Shown here: one piece after another, positions 1 to 12,257 of the stretch
Layout of the letters: every line of letters begins with the position of its first letter
Position numbering within the stretch: the stretch's first letter is position 1
From: Candidatus Sumerlaeota bacterium
Lineage (GTDB): Bacteria > Sumerlaeota > Sumerlaeia > SLMS01 > JAHLLQ01
Assembly (NCBI GenBank): GCA_030156535.1
Contig: JASGMJ010000005.1
Location: forward strand, 104,930 to 168,929
Reading direction: 5' to 3'
Length of the DNA: 64,000 bases
Made by a program: the position numbers and the translations under genes
Notes under the pieces: generated by a model
The model's input: only the letters and a program-made list of their open reading frames with translations
What the model was told of the DNA's origin: nothing
Database searches by the model: none

Positions 1-182
1 ACCCCCATCCGCACCAGAATCCGGCCGATCTCCTCGCCCGACTTGTGACTCTCGCGCACGGCCATCTCGAAGTCGTCGGGGTCCACAATTCCCTTTTCGA
101 GCAGTTCCACGAACCGCTCGGTGTGCATCTTCAGATGCGTGGTCCGCCCCGCGGCAATTCCATCTGGTGCAAGTTCACTCAT
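1..182 (-). CDS. N-terminal fragment (runs off window) of a GspE/PilB-family or other MshEN-like domain protein
   Basis: Manual translation MSELAPDGIAAGRTTHLKMHTERFVELLEKGIVDPDDFEMAVRESHKSGEEIGRILVRMG matches the 'LxxxGxI...xxGxILVxMG' pattern of GspE/PilB N-termini. Not in the ORF track. Confidence 0.6.
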   Translation of the reverse strand, partial: MSELAPDGIAAGRTTHLKMHTERFVELLEKGIVDPDDFEMAVRESHKSGEEIGRILVRMG

Positions 183-331
183 GTCTGCTTCTGCCTCGGG
201 TAAAATGGCGCTGTCTCGTTCCTGGGATCGGACCCCGTGCCGGGCCCGGCTGTTTGGCCTGTGGATAACTGCTGGCATTCGAGTTGGCCGACCGCAAAAC
301 CACGGTTTTCGGTCGGTGATTCCACGGCCCG

Positions 332-2293
332 TCAGCCCCTTTCGGGGCCTTCGGACGCTTTCTCCCTCCAGAGGAGCAACAGGAGAGCCAACACGCCCGC
401 AAGAACGATCCCTTTTCTCCGCCAGACAAACGTGGCGGCCCGCTCCACGGCGGTCAGCTCGCGCGGCAGGACGTACTCCCCGCCCACCGGCTGGAGCACC
501 GTCCCCTCACCGGGCCATGTCCAGTAGAGATGGAAGTAGTGCTCGCCGCCGCCCGCAGGATCGTACTCAACCTCCGCCAAACGCAAGCATGACTGCTTGA
601 CACCAAGCACCCCTCTGAAAATATGACGATCCAAGGCTTCCGTTTGTTCCACGAGGGGAGAACCGTCGACGGCCAAACGGTACGTTCCCCCTGCCGCCTT
701 GCCATACAGCCAGTACGTTCCGTGCGGCCGCAAGTCCAGCAGCGCGGAAACCCGGCGCACGGCCGCGTCGTCACGTAAACGCAGATACGTCAAATCTTCA
801 TGATGTTTCCCGTCCTCGCCATCCACGGCCCATCCGCGTGGCCCCCGGAAGGCTCCGGACGCAGCAATCACCACAAGGACCCCGACGAGCGCCGTCCAGC
901 GCCTGTCCCAGGTTCCCCCCTTTTTCGCCCAGTGCCCAAAGAGGAAGATCACGCAGCTCATCGCGATCAGATAGCCAGCGGTGTGCAGCGCCGCATTGCC
1001 GGCTCCGAAGGCTCGCTCGGAAAGCCCGTACGCCCAGCGAAGCCAGACGGGTTTCCACGCGCCGTCCTGGAGCACCACGTACCAGTTCGCCCAGAGGCTG
1101 AGCTGGGGTTCGAATTGCCAGCGGCTCTCCACTTCGTGAAAGCGCCAGATTTCCTGCCACCACGCCACGGGGCTGAACAGCGAGTAGAGCACCGCACCCC
1201 ACAGCCCCCAGAAGAAGGCCGCGCCGAGCGCCCAACGCTCCATCCTCCGCAGGTTCCCCAACTGGCCCAGCGCGCCCGCGGCGACTGGCATCCCCAGCGC
1301 AATCGCGGGCAGCAGAAAGCGCGGCCCGGGCGACCAGCCGCCGTGCCACGTCCAAAACCGCGCATGGAATACGAGGGTGAAGATCAGGACCCCGCCAGCG
1401 AGCAGGCGATAGCTGCGAGCCGCCTGCCCGTAGGGCCGGAGCACCAGCATGGCCAACGGGAGCAGCGGAAAAAAGACCAGTATACCGCGCTCGGGCGCCA
1501 GCAACAAGCCGTGCAAACCGGTCAGCAGCGGCGTCACAAATTCCTGACCGTCGTACCCCTGGGCGAAGGGCGATCCGCGCAGAACGGCGTTCTGCACCCC
1601 GCGCGCCACCACAGCCAACGCCAGCCCGATTCCCGCCCCGGCCAGCCGCCGACGCGGCACTCCCATCGTCCATCCCCACACCACCACCAGCGCCGCCACC
1701 GGCAAAATCGCCAGCCGAGCCAGCACCGCCGCCGCCGCAAAACCCACCGCTCCGGCAAGAGCCAGCCGCACGCCACGCCCGGTCGCCCCCTGCGCCATGG
1801 ACCACGCCAGCCCCACCAGCCCCACGGCCGTCAGCATCTCGCTCCCGAACGTCGCCGATGCAGGAAGGAGCGGACTCGCCAAAAGGACGATCGACGTCAA
1901 GCACTCAGGCTTTCCATTTGTCCCAGTTGTCTCGCCATCGATCCGCCTCAGCACTCCCGCCGCCAGCATCCCCAGCCAGGCAAACAACAGCAGGTTTGCC
2001 AGCGGAAGCAGCGACCACCCCGCCGGGCGCACGATCCCTTCGATCCAGGCCAGCGGCACTCCCGCCAGCGGCGTCCCGATCCCGTAACCCGTGAACGTCT
2101 GGCCATACATTTCGGCGAACCGCAGGCTGCCGCGCCAGGCCAGCGCGTGGCTGGTCGCCGCCATCAATTGCTCGTCGCTCGTCTCCAGTCTGCCGCTGAA
2201 CACGGCCAGCCCCGCGCCGAACAGCACAAGAAACAACAGTGCGCGCGGCCGCCGGGCGAACAATTCGGAGAGGCTGTCGAGAAGGGGCACCAT
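332..2293 (-). CDS. Multi-TM membrane protein, GT-C-like glycosyltransferase with C-terminal soluble domain
   Basis: Many TM segments; SDE motif after TM1; 'WHGGWSPGPRFLLP' motif. Start set at MVPLLD. Confidence 0.65.
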   Translation of the reverse strand: MVPLLDSLSELFARRPRALLFLVLFGAGLAVFSGRLETSDEQLMAATSHALAWRGSLRFAEMYGQTFTGYGIGTPLAGVPLAWIEGIVRPAGWSLLPLANLLLFAWLGMLAAGVLRRIDGETTGTNGKPECLTSIVLLASPLLPASATFGSEMLTAVGLVGLAWSMAQGATGRGVRLALAGAVGFAAAAVLARLAILPVAALVVVWGWTMGVPRRRLAGAGIGLALAVVARGVQNAVLRGSPFAQGYDGQEFVTPLLTGLHGLLLAPERGILVFFPLLPLAMLVLRPYGQAARSYRLLAGGVLIFTLVFHARFWTWHGGWSPGPRFLLPAIALGMPVAAGALGQLGNLRRMERWALGAAFFWGLWGAVLYSLFSPVAWWQEIWRFHEVESRWQFEPQLSLWANWYVVLQDGAWKPVWLRWAYGLSERAFGAGNAALHTAGYLIAMSCVIFLFGHWAKKGGTWDRRWTALVGVLVVIAASGAFRGPRGWAVDGEDGKHHEDLTYLRLRDDAAVRRVSALLDLRPHGTYWLYGKAAGGTYRLAVDGSPLVEQTEALDRHIFRGVLGVKQSCLRLAEVEYDPAGGGEHYFHLYWTWPGEGTVLQPVGGEYVLPRELTAVERAATFVWRRKGIVLAGVLALLLLLWREKASEGPERG

Positions 2294-2378
2294 GGGGGGG
2301 CAGGCATCCGGGGGAAGGGGATTGGGCGGCGGACATTGTGTGGGGGGTCTCACCGGATTCCGCCCCGGCGCCCGGCCA

Positions 2379-3395
2379 TCACCCTTTGCGCAGGCGCGGA
2401 TTCAGCACGGGATAGAGCGAGTCGGCGATCAGATTCGCGGAAACCAGAATGCCGCAGTAGAAGACCGTAATCCCCAGGATCAGGGGCATGTCGCGATTCT
2501 GAACGGAAACGACGAACATGTCGCCAAGCCCGGGAATGTTGAAGATCGTCTCCACCACCAGGCTTCCCACCAACATCCCCGCCGCAACGGGCATCACGTA
2601 TGTCACCACGGAACTGAGCGAGTTGCGCAGCGCGTGCCGGAAGACGACCTTCCATTCCGAGACGCCCTTTGCCCGCGCCGTACGCACGAAGTCCTCGCGC
2701 AGTGCTTCGAGCATCGAAACCCGCGTCAGCCGCAGAATCGCCGCGAACGAAAAGGCGGAAAGACACACGCCCGCCAGCCACAGGTTCTTGTCACTCTGCC
2801 AGTGCGACGGCTGGATCCACTGCATCTTGCGCGAGAAGAAGTAAATGGCCAGCGATGCGAGAATGAAATTGGGGACGGACATTCCCAGCAACGCCAGCAG
2901 CCGCCCCAGCTGGTCGGGCCAGCGATGATGGTAAACGGCCGTGAAGACACCCATCGGAATCCCAAGCAGCACCGCGATCATCAACGCGCGCCACGCCAGC
3001 CGCGCCGTGTTCGGGGCGTGCTCGGCCGCAATCTCGCGGAACGTGCGCTGGTTCTGGTGGCGCGAGGGAATCGTGTCGAGCACCACGAGCTTGCTCATCT
3101 GCATGAAGTATTGTTTGTACAGCGGCTCATCGAGCCCGAACTGCTCGCGCAGGTTTGCATACGTGCGCGCGTCCATGCGCCCTTCCTTCAGCAGCGCATC
3201 CTCCTCGCCGCCCGCGGCCTTCGCCAGAAAGAACACCGTCGTCGCCACCACCCACATGGTGAACAACGCCATGGGGAGCCGCTTGAGAAAGTTGGGAAGG
3301 AAGAGTTTGAGGAACAAGGCGACGCTGCGATGGCCCCAGATCAGCAGTCCGGCAACAACGACCAGCAGCACCATGGTGGAAATATCGAGCGGCAT
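2379..3395 (-). CDS. oppB: ABC peptide/nickel transporter permease (OppB/DppB family)
   Basis: 'FGLDEPLYKQY', EAA-like loop 'RTARAKGVSEWKVVFRHALRNS', 'VETIFNIPGLG', and 'DSLYPVLNPR' end. Confidence 0.9.
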   Translation of the reverse strand: MPLDISTMVLLVVVAGLLIWGHRSVALFLKLFLPNFLKRLPMALFTMWVVATTVFFLAKAAGGEEDALLKEGRMDARTYANLREQFGLDEPLYKQYFMQMSKLVVLDTIPSRHQNQRTFREIAAEHAPNTARLAWRALMIAVLLGIPMGVFTAVYHHRWPDQLGRLLALLGMSVPNFILASLAIYFFSRKMQWIQPSHWQSDKNLWLAGVCLSAFSFAAILRLTRVSMLEALREDFVRTARAKGVSEWKVVFRHALRNSLSSVVTYVMPVAAGMLVGSLVVETIFNIPGLGDMFVVSVQNRDMPLILGITVFYCGILVSANLIADSLYPVLNPRLRKG

Positions 3396-3400
3396 TGCGA

Positions 3401-3958
3401 TCAGCCCCCTGCCGCCCCGCCCGCTTGCAGCAACCGAATCTGCACCTGCTCCTTCGCGCCATAATTCGAGAAGCACGACGCGCGGTAGCGGTACGCCGAA
3501 CGCGGCCGCGCCGTGGCGCGTGCCCATTCCGTGGTGTCGAGCAGTGTGCCGTCCTCGCGGAAGAACAACGTGCGGATTTCAAACGCGAGCGGCTTGTCCT
3601 CCAGCAGGTTGTAGACTTCGAGGTGGACGAACGGCTTGTCGTCGAAGCGCGAACGCTGGAATTCGTAGTGGCGGATTTCCAGGGTGTTCTTCAGTTCGTC
3701 GGGCACCTGGCCGGAGACGACGGTGAGAAAGTCATCGAGCTTCGGCCATTGGTTGCGGGGAACGGCCTGGTTGACGGGGCGGGTGGCCAAGAGATCGTCG
3801 GTGCGCGTTTTTCCTGCGGGCACGGCGGCGGGAGTATCCGCCGCGTCAGCAGCGAGTGCCGCCTGGGGGGAAGCAGCGGCAGGTTCCTTGGGGGCGCGGG
3901 CGCATCCAGCGGCCAGGGCCGCCCCCAGAAAAATCGTTGCGAGTCGTTGTCCGCGCAT
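3401..3958 (-). CDS. Lipoprotein, YcfL/DUF1425-like
   Basis: Lipobox LAAGC, Ala/Pro linker, small beta-rich domain ('EIRTLFFREDG'). Confidence 0.6.
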   Translation of the reverse strand: MRGQRLATIFLGAALAAGCARAPKEPAAASPQAALAADAADTPAAVPAGKTRTDDLLATRPVNQAVPRNQWPKLDDFLTVVSGQVPDELKNTLEIRHYEFQRSRFDDKPFVHLEVYNLLEDKPLAFEIRTLFFREDGTLLDTTEWARATARPRSAYRYRASCFSNYGAKEQVQIRLLQAGGAAGG

Positions 3959-4102
3959 CGTGGTCCACCAGATCGCCATGCAGATTGCCCCTATTACGGA
4001 CCGCCCGGCGGGGAGACGCAAGGGCATTGCCCGGCAGGAGGGCTCCGTTTTCCGCCTCATGCTTCGTCGTCCCCGGCTCCCCGTTCGCTCAGCGTGACTC
4101 CG

Positions 4103-4696
4103 TTACGCCCCCGCGCACTCCAGCAGCCGCAGCGCCAGGCGTGCGTTGGTGCGCACGCGTTCGGCTCCCTGAACCTTGCCGACCACATTGTTTGCATGAG
4201 CCACACTTGCCAGAAACGACGCCAGTTGCCGCAGGTCTTCGCGTGTGGCGATCTCCCCCCCGCCGCGCGCCCGCACCAGCGCCCCGTAGAACGCGTTCTC
4301 CACCTGTGTGGAGAATTGCAGCGCCCCGCGCCGGATTTCCTCGTCGTGGACGGCCTTCTCCACCAGCGCGTTTGTCATCAGGCATCCCCCCCTTCCCGCC
4401 TCCGATGCATAGTAGTCCTCCTGAATGCGGAAGAACCTGCGGATCGCCTCCAGCCCCGAGGCTGTGTGGCGCAACGCCCCGAGCGCCGAGCGGTTCATCA
4501 TCGCGCGATAGCGCTCGCACGCCGCCAGATAGAGGCGGTGCTTGTCGCCGAATGTGGCGTAGAGACTGAACCGGTTGATTCCCATCGCATCGACGAGGTC
4601 CTGAATTGAGGTGGCCTCGTAGCCGTTGGCCCAGAAGACTTGAAGAGCCTTGTCGAGAACGGCATCGGGATCGAATTCCCTGGGACGGGGGGACAT
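4103..4696 (-). CDS. TetR/AcrR family regulator (ComR/NemR-like)
   Basis: 'RPREFD...FWANGYEATSIQDLVDAMGINRFSLYATFGDK' HTH and 'GCLMTN'. Confidence 0.92.
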   Translation of the reverse strand: MSPRPREFDPDAVLDKALQVFWANGYEATSIQDLVDAMGINRFSLYATFGDKHRLYLAACERYRAMMNRSALGALRHTASGLEAIRRFFRIQEDYYASEAGRGGCLMTNALVEKAVHDEEIRRGALQFSTQVENAFYGALVRARGGGEIATREDLRQLASFLASVAHANNVVGKVQGAERVRTNARLALRLLECAGA

Positions 4697-4716
4697 GGCG
4701 TGGCTCCGGGATCGGA

Positions 4717-4752
4717 TTGCGGAATGTTCGGTCAGAAACCGTGGAACGTCAA
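4717..4752 (-). promoter_or_regulatory. Putative tetR promoter (-35 TTGACG) and imperfect palindromic operator
   Basis: Minus strand reads TTGACG...TTCTGACCGAACATTCCGCAA just upstream of the tetR start. Confidence 0.35.
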
Positions 4753-5053
4753 GTGCCACACGTGCACCCCACACGTTTTTTGCACAGGGGCTTCGGTTCG
4801 TCCTTTACAGGGCCGCCGTTTACCGCTTAGGTATCAACATTGGTCGGCCTTCTTTTGCGCGCGGACAGGAACACGTTAGTCCTCCGTGAAGCACCGTGAG
4901 AATTTTGCGAACGGTGCTTCAGGGCTTGGCAGACGGCGCTTCTTTTTTCTACCGTTCCACGCAGCGCGCCGAGGAAGTCAGGCTTCCCCCAGCGCCGCCC
5001 GGCACTTGCCAACCCGGCCCGGGAATTTCCAACTCGCTCCAAAGGAGAGCACC

Positions 5054-5788
5054 GTGAAAAAAAAAGCATTTACCCTGATCGAACTTCTTATCGTTGTTGC
5101 CATCATCGCGATTCTGGCGGCAATTGCCGTGCCGAACTTCCTTGAAGCTCAGGTTCGCTCGAAGGTCTCCCGTGCCAAGTCCGACATGCGTACCACGGCA
5201 ACCGCTCTTGAAGCCTACGCCGTTGACTACAACTCCTACCCGCAGTGCAACGCCCGTGCGACGGCCATCGCCTATAACGAGCCGCCCTCCTTCCCGCCCA
5301 GCAGCGATGGCGATTTCCGTATCCTCGAGCGCCTCTCCACCCCCGTGGCCTACATCACCACGGGCGCTTTCCGCGATCCCTTTGCCGTGCTGACCCGCAA
5401 GTCCGCCGCCACGGCCAGCGCCATGGTCGCCAGCGCCCCCATCACCGTCAGCCCGACGACCGACGTTGCCGCCAAAGTGAACTCCTATCTGTATCAGGCG
5501 GTGAACTCCGAGCAGCGCGCCACCGTCACCACCGGTTCCTACGAGCCGAACCTGGTCAAGGCACGCGGCTGGTTCCTGCAGTGCGTCGGTCCCGACAGCA
5601 ACTACTACAACCTTGGTGGCGTTCTTGACACCCACTATACGCCGGACGAGCCGATCCTGCTGATCTACGATCCGTCCAATGGCACGGTGTCCGAGGGCAG
5701 CGTGTGGCGCGCGGGCGGCTCGACCCAGGGCGGCGCCGACTACGCCGCAGGCCAGGGCCTTGCCACCGCGATCACCAACGCCAACTAA
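5054..5788 (+). CDS. Prepilin-type N-terminal cleavage/methylation domain protein (GspG-like, long C-terminal tail)
   Basis: AAGGAG RBS, GTG start, KKKA|FTLIELLIVVAIIAILAAIAVPNF, C-terminal YDPSNGTVSEG motif. Confidence 0.92.
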   Translation: MKKKAFTLIELLIVVAIIAILAAIAVPNFLEAQVRSKVSRAKSDMRTTATALEAYAVDYNSYPQCNARATAIAYNEPPSFPPSSDGDFRILERLSTPVAYITTGAFRDPFAVLTRKSAATASAMVASAPITVSPTTDVAAKVNSYLYQAVNSEQRATVTTGSYEPNLVKARGWFLQCVGPDSNYYNLGGVLDTHYTPDEPILLIYDPSNGTVSEGSVWRAGGSTQGGADYAAGQGLATAITNAN

Positions 5789-5816
5789 GCCCATCCCGCC
5801 TCAACAGATCACTCCG

Positions 5817-5853
5817 CCGGCCGGGAGCCCAGCGCTCCCGGCCGGTTTTCTGT
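5817..5853 (+). terminator. Rho-independent terminator after prepilin gene
   Basis: CCGGCCGGGAGC/GCTCCCGGCCGG perfect stem followed by TTTTCTGTT. Confidence 0.8.
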
Positions 5854-5917
5854 TGGAGCGCACCGCCTCGCCACGGCAGGCTCCGTGCCTCAACGCCCCG
5901 GGGAGCGGCACTGCTGC

Positions 5918-7009
5918 ATGACTTCCGACGGAATGCTCAAACGCCTGGCCCAACGCACGTTCCGCGTGCGGCGCCACCTGCACGCCCTCGCACGCTACGG
6001 CAGCCCGCGCCGCTATGCCAACATCGCAATCACCGAGGCCGAACGCCTCCTGCGCCGCGACCACCTCGCCGGCCGCCCCTACATCCTGCTCGTCGATCCC
6101 GTGAATGCCTGCAACCTGCGCTGCCCCTGCTGCCCCACCGGACGCGGCGACCTCCCCCTCAAGACCGGCAAGATGCGCTTGGAGCAGTTCCAGGCCCTCG
6201 TCGACCAAATCGCCCCGCACACCGTCAAAATGCTCCTCTATAACTGGGGAGAGCCCTTCCTCCACAAAGACATCCTCCCCATGATCCGCCACGCCCACGG
6301 CCATCGCATCGCCACCGGCGTCAGCTCCAACCTCAACATCCTCCCCGAAGGCGGCGCCGAAGCCGTCGTCGCCTCAGGGCTCGACGATCTCATCGTCAGT
6401 TGCGACGGACTCGAACAGGCCACCTACGAAAAGTACCGCGTGCGCGGCAACGTCGAGACCGTCCTCGCCAACATGAAAGCCATCGCCGACGCCAAGCTCC
6501 GCCTCGGCCGCAAGACCCCCGTCATCGAATTCCAGTATCTCGTCTTTGCCCACAATGAACACGAGGTGAACGACGTCGAACGCACCGCCCGCTCCCTTGG
6601 CGCGAACTTCGTGCGCCTGATGACGCCCTACATTAATTTCCGTGAATCCGACGTCCGCCCAGCCACCAACCCCAAGTACCGCAAGGCGTTCTACGAGGAC
6701 GACGAAACCGAGAAGGCGAAGATCGATCCGTTCGAGCGCGACGCCGATCTCGACGCCTGTGCCGCGCAGAACCCACCGCCGCTCTCATGCTTCTGGCCAT
6801 GGCGCTCGATTGTCATCAACTGGAACGGGCAGGTGGACCCGTGCTGTTTCAAGAATTACCACGATGCGTTCGGCAATGCTTTCGAGACACCGTTCGCGGA
6901 AATCTGGAACGGCGAGGTGTACCGCGACGCGCGGCGCTGGATCGCGGGCAAGCCACTCGCCGACCCCGCCCGCCGCATTGTCTGCCGGGGCTGTGCGGGG
7001 TATCGGTAG
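5918..7009 (+). CDS. Radical SAM/SPASM (twitch) domain protein
   Basis: CNLRCPCC motif, 'WGEPFL', C-terminal CFWPW...PCC...CRGC. Confidence 0.9.
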   Translation: MTSDGMLKRLAQRTFRVRRHLHALARYGSPRRYANIAITEAERLLRRDHLAGRPYILLVDPVNACNLRCPCCPTGRGDLPLKTGKMRLEQFQALVDQIAPHTVKMLLYNWGEPFLHKDILPMIRHAHGHRIATGVSSNLNILPEGGAEAVVASGLDDLIVSCDGLEQATYEKYRVRGNVETVLANMKAIADAKLRLGRKTPVIEFQYLVFAHNEHEVNDVERTARSLGANFVRLMTPYINFRESDVRPATNPKYRKAFYEDDETEKAKIDPFERDADLDACAAQNPPPLSCFWPWRSIVINWNGQVDPCCFKNYHDAFGNAFETPFAEIWNGEVYRDARRWIAGKPLADPARRIVCRGCAGYR

Positions 7010-7011
7010 CG

Positions 7012-7244
7012 TCAGGCGCTGGCACGGTGCTGATCATGCTCCGCACTGCCTGGAGCGGGGTTGCCGCGCAGCGGGCCTTCGAGGCTGAGGTCTTCGTCAA
7101 GGTCCGGCCAGTGAACGCCTTCTCCACCGCCAGGCAGGCGCCAGTTCTCCCGCCGAGATGGACTGGCAGCCAACAGCCGGGGATAGCACTTCAGGGCGGC
7201 CTTCACGAAAAGCGACGCCCATGTATCCTGAGGACAGCTGGCAA
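7012..7244 (-). pseudogene. Internally deleted DUF4160-DUF2442 toxin-antitoxin-like module
   Basis: 7244-7203 encodes (TTG)PAVLRIHGRRFS*, resembling the DUF4160 N-terminus. It overlaps 7206-7012, YPRLLAASPSRRENWRL..GEGVHWPDLDEDLSLEG, resembling the DUF2442 C-terminal half. Confidence 0.65.
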
Positions 7245-7261
7245 CCGGTCTCCCCTCCGCC

Positions 7262-10054
<2,793 letters not shown>

Positions 10055-10130
10055 TCACCCCTAGAACGCTGATTTTGCTAAACTTGAAAGCGCCCGCAAA
10101 AATGCCGCCGAACGCTTTGAAAACCGGATC

Positions 10131-11150
10131 CTAATTGGCCGGTTTTGAGGCCCTGGCGCCGCTGGAAGCGGGTGCCTTTCCCGCCAGAATTTCGTCGAGC
10201 AGCGTCGGGGAAATCGCCAGTTCCAGCGGGTGTCCCTGCCAGACGACGATGCCCTCGGGGTTCTGGATGAAGGCGAAGGGAATCCCGTAGACCCCGATGC
10301 GGTTGGCCGTGCGGCGCTGCGAGTCCGTCCCCAGTGGATAGGTGAACTCCGTGTCGCGCAGGAAGGCGGAAACGTCGGTCGCAGGCTCGTCGGAAATCGA
10401 ACGGATCACCAGCCGGCCCTCGTACTTCTTCGACCACTCCTGCAGGTACGGCATCGCCTCGTGGCAGGGGCCGCACCACGTGGCCCAGAACTCGGTCATG
10501 ACGTACTTGCCGGTGAGGTCGCCGGGCTCACGTGTGATCCAGCGCTCGACGTCGAGCTGCGGGGCTTTCTGGCCAAGCATGCTGGCCTCCGATTGCGGCC
10601 TTCCGGCGGAAGGCCCGGCCTGCCCAAGGCTGGGCATCATGCGCCCTTCGGCGAGCGCCTCGGCGACGCGGACGAACTCGGCCTCGCGCCCGATGCGATA
10701 GCCTGCGTGCAGGTAGGCCACGCGTCCTTCGGGTCCGGCGATCAGTGTGCGCGGGACGCCCTTGCCCAGTTCGGCAAACCAGGCGGCCTTCTCGCCCTCT
10801 GGATCGGCGATCACGGGGAACGTCCACCCGTTGCTTTCGGCGAAGGCCCGCGCCGCGGCATCGTCCGCGCCTCTCAGAATGACGGCCATGCGGGCGCCTT
10901 TCGGAGCCACCTGCTCCCAGAGATACTGCGACGCCGGTGCCATCTGGCGGCAGACGGCACTCTCGGGGGCGAGCACCTGGATGATCGTCACGGGCGCCGC
11001 GTCGCCCGAGGACCAGTCGCTCCCCGCGACCGTTCGAGCCGTGAAACGGGGCAGTGTCTCGCCGGTTTGCACGATGAAATCGGCTGCCGACACGGCGGCA
11101 AGGCAGAGAAGAAAAAGCGCGAGGAGGGCCGAACGCCGAAGTGGAATCAT
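10131..11150 (-). CDS. Secreted tandem thioredoxin-fold (TlpA/redoxin) protein
   Basis: Signal peptide; domain 1 has SAVC at the active-site position, domain 2 has FWATWCGPC. Confidence 0.85.
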   Translation of the reverse strand: MIPLRRSALLALFLLCLAAVSAADFIVQTGETLPRFTARTVAGSDWSSGDAAPVTIIQVLAPESAVCRQMAPASQYLWEQVAPKGARMAVILRGADDAAARAFAESNGWTFPVIADPEGEKAAWFAELGKGVPRTLIAGPEGRVAYLHAGYRIGREAEFVRVAEALAEGRMMPSLGQAGPSAGRPQSEASMLGQKAPQLDVERWITREPGDLTGKYVMTEFWATWCGPCHEAMPYLQEWSKKYEGRLVIRSISDEPATDVSAFLRDTEFTYPLGTDSQRRTANRIGVYGIPFAFIQNPEGIVVWQGHPLELAISPTLLDEILAGKAPASSGARASKPAN

Positions 11151-11158
11151 GGGAGGGG

Positions 11159-11221
11159 CGTGGTTCGTGGTTGGGGGTTGGAGAGAGTCTTCAGTTCTCC
11201 GTTTCGAGTCTTCCGTTTCGT
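11159..11221. repeat. Degenerate 7-bp tandem repeat (CGTGGTT / GTCTTCA / GTTTCGA units)
   Basis: Nine in-register heptamers in the intergenic region. Confidence 0.6.
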
Positions 11222-11375
11222 GGCAGATGGATGCGGGATGAGAAGAGCATCCCGCACTTGGTGAACACCCGGGCGGCAAACACGGCAAGGGAAACCCGAC
11301 GGAAGAGCGCACCTGGGGGCGGCCGAACTCGCTTTTCCGATTGCCGCCCCGAGGCCCGGCCGAGGGGATTGCCCC

Positions 11376-12257
11376 ATGCAGCCCATCAGCCTGGTCATTC
11401 CCGTCTACAATGAAAAGCGCTCGTGCGCGAAAACGGTGCACCGCGTGCGTGCTGTGCTCGCAACGTTGCCGGAAGGCTCCGAGGCCCTGTTCGTCAACGA
11501 TGGCTCGCAGGACGGGTCGGGCGAGGCGCTGGCCGGTGCCCTGCGCGAAGGCGAGCCTCTGCGCCTGATCACCCACATCCGCAACAAGGGCTATGGCGCG
11601 TCACTGAAGACCGGCATCCGCGCCGCCAGCCATGCGTGGATCGCCATTGCGGACGCCGACGGCACGTACCCCATCGAGGACCTTCCGAAGTTGCTGGCGG
11701 CGATCGACGGCGGCGCGCGCATGGCCGTCGGCGCGCGCCCTCTCGGCCAGCAGCCCACCGTGCGCCGCCCCGCCAAAGCCTTCCTCAACGCCTATGCGTC
11801 CTATCTGGCGGGCACGCGCATCCCCGATCTGAACAGCGGCCTGCGCGTCTTCCATCGCGACGACGCCCTGCGCCTCGAACGCCTTCTGCCCGACGGCTTT
11901 TCCTTCACCTCGACGATCACCATGGCGCTGGCGAGCGCGGGCGAGCCGGTCGTCTTCCTGCCGATTCGCTATCGCGAGCGCGTGGGGAAGTCCAAGATCC
12001 GCCCCGTGCGCGACATGGGGGGCTTTATGCTGCTCGTTTGCCGTCTGGCGATGGCGTTCAACCCGCTGCGGATCTTCGGTCCGGCGAGCGCGGCGTTGCT
12101 CGCCCTCGGTGTCGTGCTCCTGTCCGCCCGCTTCTTCATGGCCGACAAGCCCTTCGGGCTGGCCACGACGATCATCCTGCTCGTCGGCGGAGTGCAGTTG
12201 CTTGCCGTTGGGTTGCTGGCCGACCTGATCAACCGGCGCGGCGGGGGCGGAACGTGA
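11376..12257 (+). CDS. Glycosyltransferase family 2 (DPM1-like) with C-terminal TMs
   Basis: 'VIPVYNE', 'VNDGSQD', 'NKGYG', 'DADG'. Confidence 0.92.
   Translation: MQPISLVIPVYNEKRSCAKTVHRVRAVLATLPEGSEALFVNDGSQDGSGEALAGALREGEPLRLITHIRNKGYGASLKTGIRAASHAWIAIADADGTYPIEDLPKLLAAIDGGARMAVGARPLGQQPTVRRPAKAFLNAYASYLAGTRIPDLNSGLRVFHRDDALRLERLLPDGFSFTSTITMALASAGEPVVFLPIRYRERVGKSKIRPVRDMGGFMLLVCRLAMAFNPLRIFGPASAALLALGVVLLSARFFMADKPFGLATTIILLVGGVQLLAVGLLADLINRRGGGGT

Noticed and set aside
800..2470. 556-aa + strand ORF
   Set aside because: Antisense shadow of the membrane protein gene; R/Q/H/P-rich with no motifs, typical of high-GC DNA.
5054..7009. Prepilin as a RiPP-like substrate of the adjacent radical SAM enzyme
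   Set aside because: A strong terminator separates the two genes, and I saw no PqqD/RRE domain or precursor peptide.
11159..11221. CRISPR array
   Set aside because: Only degenerate 7-bp units, with no repeat-spacer structure and no cas genes in the window.
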